From Escherichia coli (GTDB lineage Bacteria; Pseudomonadota; Gammaproteobacteria; Enterobacterales; Enterobacteriaceae), in the NCBI RefSeq assembly GCF_030013205.1, contig NZ_CP122648.1: a DNA stretch of 64,000 nt. One strand, 5' to 3'. A program made the translations under genes and the position numbers. Of the stretch, positions 1 through 8,818 are shown piece after piece; the first letter of the stretch is position 1, and each line of letters opens with the position of its first letter. The notes below the pieces were generated by a model. The model worked only from the letters and a program-made list of their open reading frames with translations. It had not been told where the DNA came from and did no database searches.

Positions 1-1
1 C

Positions 2-493
2 TTCAGTATCACTGACAATCTGATGCTGGAGCCACAACTGCAGTACACCTGGCAGGGACTTTCCCTGGATGACGGCCAGGATAACGCCGGTTATGTGAAG
101 TTCGGGCATGGCAGTGCACAACATGTGCGTGCCGGCTTCCGTCTGGGCAGCCACAACGATATGACCTTTGGTGAAGGCACCTCATCCCGTGACACCCTGC
201 GCGACAGTGCAAAACACAGTGTGCGTGAACTGCCGGTGAACTGGTGGGTACAGCCTTCTGTTATCCGCACCTTCAGTTCCCGGGGTGACATGAGCATGGG
301 GACAGCCGCTGCCGGCAGTAACATGACGTTATCACCGTCACAGAATGGCACGTCACTGGACCTGCAGGCCGGACTGGAAGCCCGTGTCCGGGAAAATATC
401 ACCCTGGGGGTACAGGCCGGTTATGCCCACAGCGTCAGCGGCAGCAGTGCTGAAGGTTATAACGGTCAGGCCACGCTGAATGTGACTTTCTGA
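2..493 (+). CDS. Autotransporter C-terminal (beta-barrel) end, antigen 43/Flu-like; 5' part lies before the window
   Basis: ORF open to window edge, ends ...GQATLNVTF with stop at 491-493; terminal aromatic residue typical of outer-membrane barrels; resembles Ag43 C-terminus from memory. Confidence 0.6.
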   Translation, partial: FSITDNLMLEPQLQYTWQGLSLDDGQDNAGYVKFGHGSAQHVRAGFRLGSHNDMTFGEGTSSRDTLRDSAKHSVRELPVNWWVQPSVIRTFSSRGDMSMGTAAAGSNMTLSPSQNGTSLDLQAGLEARVRENITLGVQAGYAHSVSGSSAEGYNGQATLNVTF

Positions 494-515
494 TAATCAG
501 GTCACTCCCCTTCAG

Positions 516-545
516 GCCCCGGCCATCATGACCGGGGCTTTTTAC
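516..545 (+). terminator. Rho-independent terminator after autotransporter gene
   Basis: GC hairpin ccccgg/ccgggg followed by T-run. Confidence 0.5.
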
Positions 546-753
546 TTTCAGGGAGCAACAGATATGCCTGGTTGTACATCACGTTTATTGCCCGAAGGCC
601 CTTTTGCTGCCAAATGGCATCTGAATCGATCACAGTTTGACCGGTTATTACCCGATCCCGATGGGGTTATTGGGTGATCTCCTTCCATAAAAATACGCAG
701 CTCGCCAGTGAAGGGCTTCTCAGACAATAAACGTCATTCATTTCATCGGTCAG

Positions 754-786
754 GCCGCGTCTTCTCCGGGAGACGCGGCTTTTTCA
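754..786 (+). terminator. Second hairpin plus T-run upstream of DUF932-like gene
   Basis: gccgcgtct / agacgcggc stem followed by ttttt. Confidence 0.4.
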
Positions 787-820
787 TTTATACCGCTAAC
801 TCATTCATAAGGAGCAAATC

Positions 821-1639
821 ATGCGATTAGCAAGTCGTTTTGGTCATGTAAACCAGATACGCCGTGACCGTCCGCTGACACATGAAGAACTGATGCACTA
901 TGTACCCAGTATTTTTGGGGAAGATCGGCATACCTCCCGCAGTGAACGCTATGCGTACATTCCCACCATCACCGTACTGGAAAGCCTGCAGCGGGAAGGT
1001 TTTCAGCCATTCTTCGCCTGCCAGACCCGCGTGCGCGATCCGGGCCGCCGGGGATACACCAGACACATGCTGCGTCTGCGGCGGGCCGGGGAGATAACCG
1101 GACAACATGTCCCTGAAATTATTCTGCTCAACTCCCATGACGGTACCTCCAGCTACCAGATGCTGCCGGGTTACTTCAGATTCGTCTGCCAGAACGGCTG
1201 CGTCTGCGGTCAGTCTCTGGGGGAAGTCCGTGTGCCCCACCGGGGAAATGTGGTGGACAGAGTCATTGAAGGGGCTTACGAGGTAGTGGGCGTTTTTGAC
1301 CGGATTGAGGAAAAGCGTGATGCCATGCAGTCTCTGGTCCTGCCGCCACCGGCACGTCAGGCGCTGGCACAGGCGGCACTGACTTACCGTTATGGTGACG
1401 AACATCAGCCGGTCACCACCGCCGACATTCTGACGCCACGACGCAGGGAGGATTACGGTAAGGACCTGTGGAGTGCATATCAGACCATCCAGGAGAATAT
1501 GCTGAAAGGCGGGATTTCCGGTCGCAGCGCTAAAGGAAAACGTATCCACACCCGTGCCATTCACAGCATCGACACGGACATTAGGCTCAACCGCGCATTG
1601 TGGGTGATGGCAGAAACGCTGCTGGAGAGCCTGCGCTGA
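821..1639 (+). CDS. DUF932-family island protein (YfjQ/YafZ-like)
   Basis: 272-aa ORF with RBS aaggag; translation resembles K-12 cryptic-prophage YfjQ/YafZ proteins (recall). Confidence 0.65.
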   Translation: MRLASRFGHVNQIRRDRPLTHEELMHYVPSIFGEDRHTSRSERYAYIPTITVLESLQREGFQPFFACQTRVRDPGRRGYTRHMLRLRRAGEITGQHVPEIILLNSHDGTSSYQMLPGYFRFVCQNGCVCGQSLGEVRVPHRGNVVDRVIEGAYEVVGVFDRIEEKRDAMQSLVLPPPARQALAQAALTYRYGDEHQPVTTADILTPRRREDYGKDLWSAYQTIQENMLKGGISGRSAKGKRIHTRAIHSIDTDIRLNRALWVMAETLLESLR

Positions 1640-1730
1640 TGCTGTTTCCCTGAAAGTGCAGCCCTGACTCACGTCTGTACCAGTCCCCAGGCATTCTTCC
1701 ATTCATTTGCTTTTTATAAGGAATAATCTC

Positions 1731-2216
1731 ATGACAACCTCTTCGCATAATTCCACCACACCTTCTGTTTCCGTAACCGCTGCATCAGGGAATAACCAGT
1801 CTCAACTGGTTGCCACTCCCGTCCCTGATGAACAGCGCATCAGTTTCTGGCCGCAGCACTTTGGCCTCATTCCACAGTGGGTGACCCTGGAGCCCCGTAT
1901 CTTCGGCTGGATGGACCGTCTGTGTGAAGACTACTGCGGTGGTATCTGGAATCTGTATACCCTGAACAACGGCGGGGCATTTATGGCACCCGAACCGGAT
2001 GACGATGATGACGAAACATGGGTACTGTTCAATGCCATGAACGGTAACCGCGCTGAAATGAGCCCGGAAGCCGCCGGTATTGCCGCCTGTCTGATGACGT
2101 ACAGCCATCATGCCTGTCGTACGGAGTGTTATGCCATGACGGTCCATTATTACCGGCTGCGGGATTACGCCCTGCAGCATCCTGAATGCAGCGCCATTAT
2201 GCGCATCATCGACTGA
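1731..2216 (+). CDS. Antirestriction protein, KlcA/ArdB family (YfjX/YafX-like)
   Basis: ORF 1707-2216; start chosen at MTTSSH; acidic stretch DDDDDE; position before radC-like gene as in CP4-type islands. Confidence 0.6.
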   Translation: MTTSSHNSTTPSVSVTAASGNNQSQLVATPVPDEQRISFWPQHFGLIPQWVTLEPRIFGWMDRLCEDYCGGIWNLYTLNNGGAFMAPEPDDDDDETWVLFNAMNGNRAEMSPEAAGIAACLMTYSHHACRTECYAMTVHYYRLRDYALQHPECSAIMRIID

Positions 2217-2230
2217 GCCGGAGAAGCACA

Positions 2231-2707
2231 ATGCAACAACTTTCCTTTCTGCCCGGAGAGATGACAACCAGAGAGCGCAGTCTCATTCTGCGGGCCCTGA
2301 AAACCCTGGACCGCCATCTTCATGAACCCGGTGTGGCCTTCACCTCCACGCATGCGGCACGGGAATGGCTGATTCTGAACATGGCAGGACTGGAGCGGGA
2401 AGAGTTCCGGGTACTGTATCTGAACAACCAGAATCAGCTGATTGCGGGTGAAACCCTCTTCACCGGCACCATCAACCGCACGGAGGTCCATCCCCGGGAA
2501 GTGATTAAACGTGCCCTGTACCACAATGCCGCTGCCGTGATACTGGCACACAACCACCCGTCCGGTGAAGTCACTCCCAGTAAGGCAGACCGGCTTATTA
2601 CGGAACGTCTGGTACAGGCACTGGCCATGGTGGATATCCGGGTGCCGGACCATCTGATAGTCGGTGGCAGCCAGGTTTTCTCCTTTGCCGAACACGGTCT
2701 GCTTTAA
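2231..2707 (+). CDS. RadC-like JAB-domain protein (YeeS/YkfG/YfjY family)
   Basis: Motif HNHPSG...PS..D (JAMM-like) in translation; start at MQQLSFLPGE. Confidence 0.7.
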   Translation: MQQLSFLPGEMTTRERSLILRALKTLDRHLHEPGVAFTSTHAAREWLILNMAGLEREEFRVLYLNNQNQLIAGETLFTGTINRTEVHPREVIKRALYHNAAAVILAHNHPSGEVTPSKADRLITERLVQALAMVDIRVPDHLIVGGSQVFSFAEHGLL

Positions 2708-2775
2708 CCCGTCACCGTCACAACCACATCACACCTGTTTTCACTTTTATCTTCTGTCTTCAGAGGTATCCCACC

Positions 2776-2997
2776 ATGAAAATTATCACCCGTGGTGAAG
2801 CCATGCGCATTCACCGTCAGCATCCGGCATCCCGTCTTTTTCCGTTCTGCACCGGTAAGTACCGCTGGCACGGCAGCACTGAGGCATATACCGGTCGTGA
2901 AGTGCAGGATATTCCCGGTGTGCTGGCCGTGTTTGCTGAACGCCGTAAGGACAGTTTTGGCCCGTATGTCCGGCTGATGAGTGTAACCCTGAACTGA
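2776..2997 (+). CDS. YeeT/YkfH/YpjJ-family small protein (DUF987)
   Basis: 73-aa ORF MKIITRGEAMRIH... near-identical in my recollection to K-12 YeeT. Confidence 0.7.
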   Translation: MKIITRGEAMRIHRQHPASRLFPFCTGKYRWHGSTEAYTGREVQDIPGVLAVFAERRKDSFGPYVRLMSVTLN

Positions 2998-3015
2998 GTC
3001 AGGAAGGGAATTCTG

Positions 3016-3660
3016 ATGAGCAGAATTATCACCACCACCGTGTATACGCTGGATGAACTTTCCTGCCCGGCACGGGAAAAAGCCCGCGACGGGTACCGTC
3101 AGCATCATGCTGACAGCAACTGGTATGAAAACGTGTATGAAGACTTCAGGGAGGTCTGTGACATTTTCGGGATTAACCTCCGCCAGCGTGTTATCCGGCT
3201 CAGCAGTGGCAGGTTTATGGAAGAGCCGTGCATCTGGTTCAGCGGATTCTGCAGCCAGGGGGACGGAGCCTGTTTTGAAGGACGCTGGCACTGGCAGTCA
3301 GCAACAGCCAGGAGAATCCGGGAGTATGCCCCACAGGACCGTGAAATTCATCGTATCGCGGATGCCCTGCAGTCGGTACAGAAGCGTAACTTCTGGCAGT
3401 TACAGGCTGAAATCAGTCACCGGGGACGTTACTGCCATCCGTACAGCATGGATATCACCGTCACCCGGAACAGTCCGACTGGTCAGGTAATGACAACCGA
3501 TGCGGAAGCCGCTGTCAGCGAAGCCCTGCGCGACCTGGCCTTCTGGTTGTACCGTCAGCTGGAAAACGAGTACGACTGGCTGACCTCAGACGCCGCTGTG
3601 GATGAGGCCCTTCTCATCAACGAATACACCTTCACCGAAGCCGGTCTGCGCGCCGGCTGA
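3016..3660 (+). CDS. Hypothetical Cys/His-rich 214-aa protein, unassigned
   Basis: Clean ORF with RBS aggaagg 8 nt upstream of ATG; sits between yeeT-like and cbeA-like genes where K-12 clusters have no gene (recall). Confidence 0.5.
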   Translation: MSRIITTTVYTLDELSCPAREKARDGYRQHHADSNWYENVYEDFREVCDIFGINLRQRVIRLSSGRFMEEPCIWFSGFCSQGDGACFEGRWHWQSATARRIREYAPQDREIHRIADALQSVQKRNFWQLQAEISHRGRYCHPYSMDITVTRNSPTGQVMTTDAEAAVSEALRDLAFWLYRQLENEYDWLTSDAAVDEALLINEYTFTEAGLRAG

Positions 3661-3709
3661 CTCGTCATCGTTAAACTATCATTCACCGATTTTCTGTGAG
3701 GATTTTATC

Positions 3710-4078
3710 GTGTCAGACACACTCCATGAAACAAATTATCCCGACGACAACAACGACCGCTCCTGGTGGGGGCTACCCTGCACCGTGACGCCCTGTTTCA
3801 GGGCACGTCTGGTGCAGGAAGGGAACCGGTTGCATTACCTTGCAGACCGTGCCGGTATCAGAGGCCGGTTCAGCGACGCGGATGCGTACCATCTGGACCA
3901 GGCCTTTCCGCTGCTGATGAAACAACTGGAACTCATGCTCACCAGCGGTGAACTCAGTCCCCGCCATCAGCATACCGTCACGCTGTATGCAAAAGGGCTG
4001 ACCTGCGAAGCCGACACCCTCGGCAGTTGTGGCTACGTTTATATGGCTGTTTATCCGACGCCCGAAACGAAAAAGTAA
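3710..4078 (+). CDS. Type IV antitoxin, CbeA/YeeU/YfjZ/YafW family
   Basis: 122 codons from GTG 3710; translation closely matches K-12 CbeA (WWGLPCTVTPCF..., LYAKGLTC...) from memory. Confidence 0.75.
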   Translation: MSDTLHETNYPDDNNDRSWWGLPCTVTPCFRARLVQEGNRLHYLADRAGIRGRFSDADAYHLDQAFPLLMKQLELMLTSGELSPRHQHTVTLYAKGLTCEADTLGSCGYVYMAVYPTPETKK

Positions 4079-4167
4079 ATAATCAGAATAACCTTCTGCT
4101 CCGGCCAGGTGCTTTCACCACACCACTTTCCCATTTCTCATCTCTGCATATCAGGAAAATCTTCAGT

Positions 4168-4545
4168 ATGAAAACATTACCTGTATTACCCGGGCAGGCG
4201 GCCGGTTTACGCCCGTCTCCGGTTGAAATCTGGCAGACACTGCTTACCAGACTGCTGGACCAGCATTACGGCCTCACGCTGAATGACACGCCGTTTGCCG
4301 ATGAACGTGTGATTGAGCAGCATATTGAGGCAGGCATATCACTGTGTGATGCGGTGAACTTTCTCGTGGAAAAATACGCGCTGGTGCGTACCGACAAGCC
4401 GGGATTCAACGCCTGTACCCACTCTCAGTTAATAAACAGCATCGATATCCTCCGGGCCCGCCGGGCAACAGGCCTGATGACCCGCGACAATTACAGAACG
4501 GTGAACAATATCACCCGGGGTAAACATTCGGAGGCGAAACGATGA
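4168..4545 (+). CDS. Type IV toxin, CbtA/YeeV/YkfI/YpjF family (cytoskeleton inhibitor)
   Basis: MKTLPVLPGQAA... matches K-12 CbtA N-terminus and length (about 125 aa); directly downstream of the antitoxin. Confidence 0.75.
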   Translation: MKTLPVLPGQAAGLRPSPVEIWQTLLTRLLDQHYGLTLNDTPFADERVIEQHIEAGISLCDAVNFLVEKYALVRTDKPGFNACTHSQLINSIDILRARRATGLMTRDNYRTVNNITRGKHSEAKR

Positions 4546-5030
4546 AACTGACCCTGACACTGGAAGCCGACAGTATTAATGTGCAGGCACTGAACATGGA
4601 GCGAATTGTTGTTGACGTCGATGGTATTGAGCTCGCTGAACTGATTAATAAGGTCGCTGAAAACGGTTATTCACTCCGCGTGGTGGATGCTCCCGAACAG
4701 CAGACAACGGATTCTCCACCATCGTTTACGGCCCTTACCGGCATACGCTGCAGTACCGCACATATCACGGAAAAGGATAACGCCTGGCTGTACTCGCTGT
4801 CACACCAGACCAGTGACTTCGGTGAATCAGAATGGATTCATTTCACAGGTAGCGGATATCTGTTACGTACCGATGCGTGGTCATATCCGGTTCTGCGGCT
4901 TAAACGCCTGGGGCTGTCAAAAACGTTCCGTCGTCTGGTTGTCACACTCATCCAACGTTATGGCGTCAGTCTCATTCATCTGGATGCCAGCGCTGAATGT
5001 CTGCCGGACCTGCCCACTTTCGACTGGTAA
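4542..5030 (+). CDS. YeeW-like protein downstream of the toxin
   Basis: 162-aa ORF whose ATG overlaps the cbtA stop (ATGA); same position as yeeW in CP4-44-type clusters. Confidence 0.5.
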   Translation: MKLTLTLEADSINVQALNMERIVVDVDGIELAELINKVAENGYSLRVVDAPEQQTTDSPPSFTALTGIRCSTAHITEKDNAWLYSLSHQTSDFGESEWIHFTGSGYLLRTDAWSYPVLRLKRLGLSKTFRRLVVTLIQRYGVSLIHLDASAECLPDLPTFDW

Positions 5031-5041
5031 CCAGGAACAAC

Positions 5042-5239
5042 ATGAAATCATTAACCACAGAAACCGCACTGGATATTCTGATTGCGTGGCTACAAGACAA
5101 TATCGACTGCGAATCGGGAATTATCTTTGACAACGATGAGGATAGAACGGATTCGGCAGCACTGTTGCCCTGTATCGAACAGGCCAGAGAGGATGTCCGT
5201 ACCCTGCGTCAGCTGCAGTTTCTGCAACAGAACCGGTGA
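5042..5239 (+). CDS. Small acidic hypothetical protein (65 aa)
   Basis: ATG at 5042 preceded by aggaac; followed by a terminator. Confidence 0.35.
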   Translation: MKSLTTETALDILIAWLQDNIDCESGIIFDNDEDRTDSAALLPCIEQAREDVRTLRQLQFLQQNR

Positions 5240-5267
5240 GTCTTACTCACCAGACTTCATTCCACTG

Positions 5268-5300
5268 ACGCCAGCCTGAATACGGCTGGCGTTTTCGTTT
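5268..5300 (+). terminator. Rho-independent terminator
   Basis: acgccagcc / ggctggcgt hairpin followed by ttttcgttt. Confidence 0.5.
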
Positions 5301-5323
5301 ATCTGCAAAAAGGAATATCGATT

Positions 5324-6166
5324 ATGTCTGAAATCACAGCCTCTCGTCCGGAAGTGGTCAACGGGCATACGGACGTTATCTGCTCAACCAGTATCCGCCA
5401 CATTCTGGCTGTACGAAAGAGTACATTGCTGCAAATCGACACACTTATCCGGCAACTGGCTGAAATATCAGCAATGACAGAAAGTATTGGAGGTAAAACG
5501 GCTCTGGACTGGGCCATGAAACAGGATTTTCGCTGCGGTTGCTGGCTGATGGAGAAACCGGAAACCGCAATGAAAGCCATCACACGCAATCTTGATCGCG
5601 AACTCTGGCGTGATCTGATGCAACGTTCCGGGTTGCTGAGTCTGATGGATGCGCAGACCCGGGACACATGGTACAGGTCACTGGAATATGATAATTTTCC
5701 GGAAATCAGCGAAGCGAACATTCTGAGCACATTTGAACAACTGCACCAGAACAAAGATGAAGTGTTTGAACGGGGAGTGATCAACGTCTTCAAAGGGCTG
5801 AGCTGGGATTACAAAACCAACTCACCCTGTAAATTTGGCAGTAAAATTATCGTCAACAATCTGGTGAGGTGGGACCAGTGGGGATTTCATCTTATCAGTG
5901 GAATGCAGGCAGATCGCCTGGCTGACCTGGAAAGAATGTTGCATCTGCTCAGCGGTAAACCGATCCCCGACAACCGGGGGAATATCACCATTAATCTGGA
6001 TGACCACATACAGTCCGTTCAGGGTAAAGGACGCTATGAAGATGAGATGTTCATCATTAAATACTTTAAGAAGGGATCTGCACACATCACTTTCAAAAGG
6101 CTGGAGCTGATTGACAGAATTAACGATATAATAGCTAGGCACTTTCCTTCTGTGCTCTCAGCCTGA
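5324..6166 (+). CDS. Hypothetical 280-aa island protein (possibly DUF4942-like)
   Basis: ORF with RBS aaaggaa; last gene before the att repeat; family assignment is from memory only. Confidence 0.45.
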   Translation: MSEITASRPEVVNGHTDVICSTSIRHILAVRKSTLLQIDTLIRQLAEISAMTESIGGKTALDWAMKQDFRCGCWLMEKPETAMKAITRNLDRELWRDLMQRSGLLSLMDAQTRDTWYRSLEYDNFPEISEANILSTFEQLHQNKDEVFERGVINVFKGLSWDYKTNSPCKFGSKIIVNNLVRWDQWGFHLISGMQADRLADLERMLHLLSGKPIPDNRGNITINLDDHIQSVQGKGRYEDEMFIIKYFKKGSAHITFKRLELIDRINDIIARHFPSVLSA

Positions 6167-6276
6167 CCCCGAGTTTGATTCCCTTTCGATATCAAAAGGG
6201 ACTGCGGGTACAAAAGAGGGTACATCTTTCACCAAACCAAACAAAATAAACTAATATCAACATGATAGAAGCATTC

Positions 6277-6298
6277 TTCGATTCCGAGTCCGGCACCA
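6277..6298 (+). repeat. 3' fragment of tRNA-Phe (ttcgattccgagtccggcacca): island att direct repeat, not a full tRNA gene
   Basis: Matches T-arm/acceptor end of E. coli tRNA-Phe; no tRNA body upstream; accessory genes stop here and the K-12-like cadC upstream region follows. Confidence 0.7.
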
Positions 6299-6309
6299 AA
6301 TTCATATAA

Positions 6310-6340
6310 ACGGACCTCCACGGAGGTCCGTTTTTCGTTT
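6310..6340 (+). terminator. Rho-independent terminator (probably the native pheU terminator)
   Basis: cggacctcc / ggaggtccg hairpin followed by tttttcgttt. Confidence 0.6.
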
Positions 6341-6914
6341 CAGGACGCCACAATTTAAGCGTTCTGCCTAAAAATCATTTCTACCGAACTCAACCAAATT
6401 CTCCCCACAACACCAGCATTTTGCGGGTATATCCCAATTCGGGAAAATTTGTTCCTGAGCTATAGCGCTGACTGACGTGAAATGTCGTGCGACCCCGTGA
6501 TGCTGTTGAATGTCAAATGACGTCATCAGGAGCGTAACGCATCCATAAAGCACAACACCGGTCTGAACGCCGACTGATGAGATTTTCTGAATGAGAACAA
6601 AGAGAAATGTATCAGTCCGCTTGCTCATGCAAAGACTAACAATCCATAAAAATAGTAAGCGCGCCGGGCAATTTCCCATGGATTATTTTCTGAACATTTT
6701 TCTTTGGCAAAGATGATGAATTTTGATGATAAGGAATATTACTTCTGGTTCTCAGTAAAATCCTTTCGTAATACTATGTAATCAAGAAGTTTATGGCTGG
6801 TAAAAATAACGTCTTGCATTCACCAATAATATGTAAATAAAACCATCTATAGATGGTAAAAATAGGTTGTGGCAATTATCATTGCATCATTCCCTTTTCG
6901 AATGAGTTTCTATT

Positions 6915-8453
6915 ATGCAACAACCTGTAGTTCGCGTTGGCGAATGGCTTGTTACTCCGTCCATAAACCAAATTAGCCGCAATGGGCGTCAACTTACCCT
7001 TGAGCCGAGATTAATCGATCTTCTGGTTTTCTTTGCTCAACACAGTGGCGAAGTACTTAGCAGGGATGAACTTATCGATAATGTCTGGAAGAGAAGTATT
7101 GTCACCAATCACGTTGTGACGCAGAGTATCTCAGAACTACGTAAGTCATTAAAAGATAATGATGAAGATAGTCCTGTCTATATCGCTACTGTACCAAAGC
7201 GCGGCTATAAATTAATGGTGCCGGTTATCTGGTACAGCGAAGAAGAGGGAGAGGAAATAATGCTATCTTCGCCTCCCCCTATACCAGAGGCGGTTCCTGA
7301 CACAGATTCTCCCTCCCACAGTCTTAACATTCAAAACACCGCAACACCACCTGAACAATCCCCTGTTAAAAGCAAACGATTCACTACCTTTTGGGTATGG
7401 TTTTTTTTCCTGTTGTCGTTAGGTATCTGTGTAGCACTGGTAGCGTTTTCAAGTCTTGATACACGTCTTCCGATGAGCAAATCGCGTATTTTGCTCAATC
7501 CACGCGATATTGACATTAATATGGTAAATAAAAGTTGTAACAGCTGGAGTTCCCCGTATCAGCTCTCTTACGCGATAGGCGTGGGTGATTTGGTGGCGAC
7601 ATCACTTAACACCTTCTCCACCTTTATGGTGCATGACAAAATCAACTACAACATTGATGAACCGAGCAGTTCCGGTAAAACATTATCTATTGCGTTTGTT
7701 AATCAGCGCCAATACCGTGCTCAACAATGCTTTATGTCGGTAAAATTGGTAGACAATGCAGATGGTTCAACCATGCTGGATAAACGTTATGTCATCACTA
7801 ACGGTAATCAGCTGGCGATTCAAAATGATTTACTGGAGAGTTTATCAAAAGCGTTAAACCAACCGTGGCCACAACGAATGCAGGAGATGCTCCAGCAAAT
7901 TTTGCCTCATCGTGGTGCGTTATTAACTAATTTTTATCAGGCACATGATTATTTACTGCATGGCGATGATAAATCATTGAACCGTGCCAGTGAATTATTG
8001 GGTGAGATTGTTCAATCATCCCCAGAATTTACCTACGCGAGAGCAGAAAAAGCATTAGTTGATATCGTGCGCCATTCTCAACATCCTTTAGATGAAAAAC
8101 AATTAGCAGCACTGAACACAGAAATAGATAACATTGTTACACTACCGGAATTGAATAACCTGTCCATTATATATCAAATAAAAGCGGTCAGTGCTCTGGT
8201 AAAAGGTAAAACAGATGAGTCTTATCAGGCGATAAATACTGGCATTGATCTTGAAATGTCCTGGCTAAATTATGTATTGCTTGGCAAGGTTTATGAAATG
8301 AAGGGGATGAACCGGGAAGCAGCTGATGCATATCTCACCGCCTTTAATTTACGCCCAGGGGCAAACACCCTTTACTGGATTGAAAATGGTATATTCCAGA
8401 CTTCTGTTCCTTATGTTGTACCTTATCTCGACAAATTTCTCGCTTCAGAATAA
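6915..8453 (+). CDS. cadC: CadC, membrane-integrated ToxR-like transcriptional activator of cadBA
   Basis: 512 aa; N-terminal winged-helix DNA-binding domain, one transmembrane segment, periplasmic sensor; matches K-12 CadC. Confidence 0.95.
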   Translation: MQQPVVRVGEWLVTPSINQISRNGRQLTLEPRLIDLLVFFAQHSGEVLSRDELIDNVWKRSIVTNHVVTQSISELRKSLKDNDEDSPVYIATVPKRGYKLMVPVIWYSEEEGEEIMLSSPPPIPEAVPDTDSPSHSLNIQNTATPPEQSPVKSKRFTTFWVWFFFLLSLGICVALVAFSSLDTRLPMSKSRILLNPRDIDINMVNKSCNSWSSPYQLSYAIGVGDLVATSLNTFSTFMVHDKINYNIDEPSSSGKTLSIAFVNQRQYRAQQCFMSVKLVDNADGSTMLDKRYVITNGNQLAIQNDLLESLSKALNQPWPQRMQEMLQQILPHRGALLTNFYQAHDYLLHGDDKSLNRASELLGEIVQSSPEFTYARAEKALVDIVRHSQHPLDEKQLAALNTEIDNIVTLPELNNLSIIYQIKAVSALVKGKTDESYQAINTGIDLEMSWLNYVLLGKVYEMKGMNREAADAYLTAFNLRPGANTLYWIENGIFQTSVPYVVPYLDKFLASE

Positions 8454-8818
8454 GTAACTCCCGGGTTGATTTATGCTCGGCAATATTTGTTGTTGAGTTT
8501 TTGTATGTTCCTGTTGGTATAATATGTTGCGGCAATTTATTTGCCGCATAATTTTTATTACATAAATTTAACCAGAAAATATCCCGCAATCCATTGTAAA
8601 CATTGAATGTTTATCTTTTCATGATATCAACTTGCGATCCTGATGTGTTAATAAAAAACCTCAAGTTCTCACTTACAGAAACTTTTGTGTTATTTCACCT
8701 AATCTTTAGGATTAATCCTTTTTTCGTGAGTATTCTTAGCACCAGTTTGGTCTGGTCAGGAAATAGTTATACATCATGACCCGGACTCCAAATTCAAAAA
8801 TGAAATTAGGAGAAGAGC
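8454..8818 (+). promoter_or_regulatory. cadBA promoter region (Pcad) with CadC binding sites
   Basis: AT-rich 365-bp intergenic region between cadC and cadB; site positions not resolved. Confidence 0.5.

Noticed and set aside
827-1702. 291-aa minus-strand ORF opposite the DUF932-like gene
   Set aside because: Entirely antisense to a better-supported plus-strand gene; no RBS or recognisable features.
6241-6300. Possible complete tRNA-Phe gene
   Set aside because: Only the last 22 nt of the tRNA are present and no D-arm or anticodon-arm sequence precedes them; interpreted as the island att repeat.
6368-6679. 103-aa minus-strand ORF between the att repeat and cadC
   Set aside because: Lies in the AT-rich cadC upstream region with no RBS and an implausible translation.
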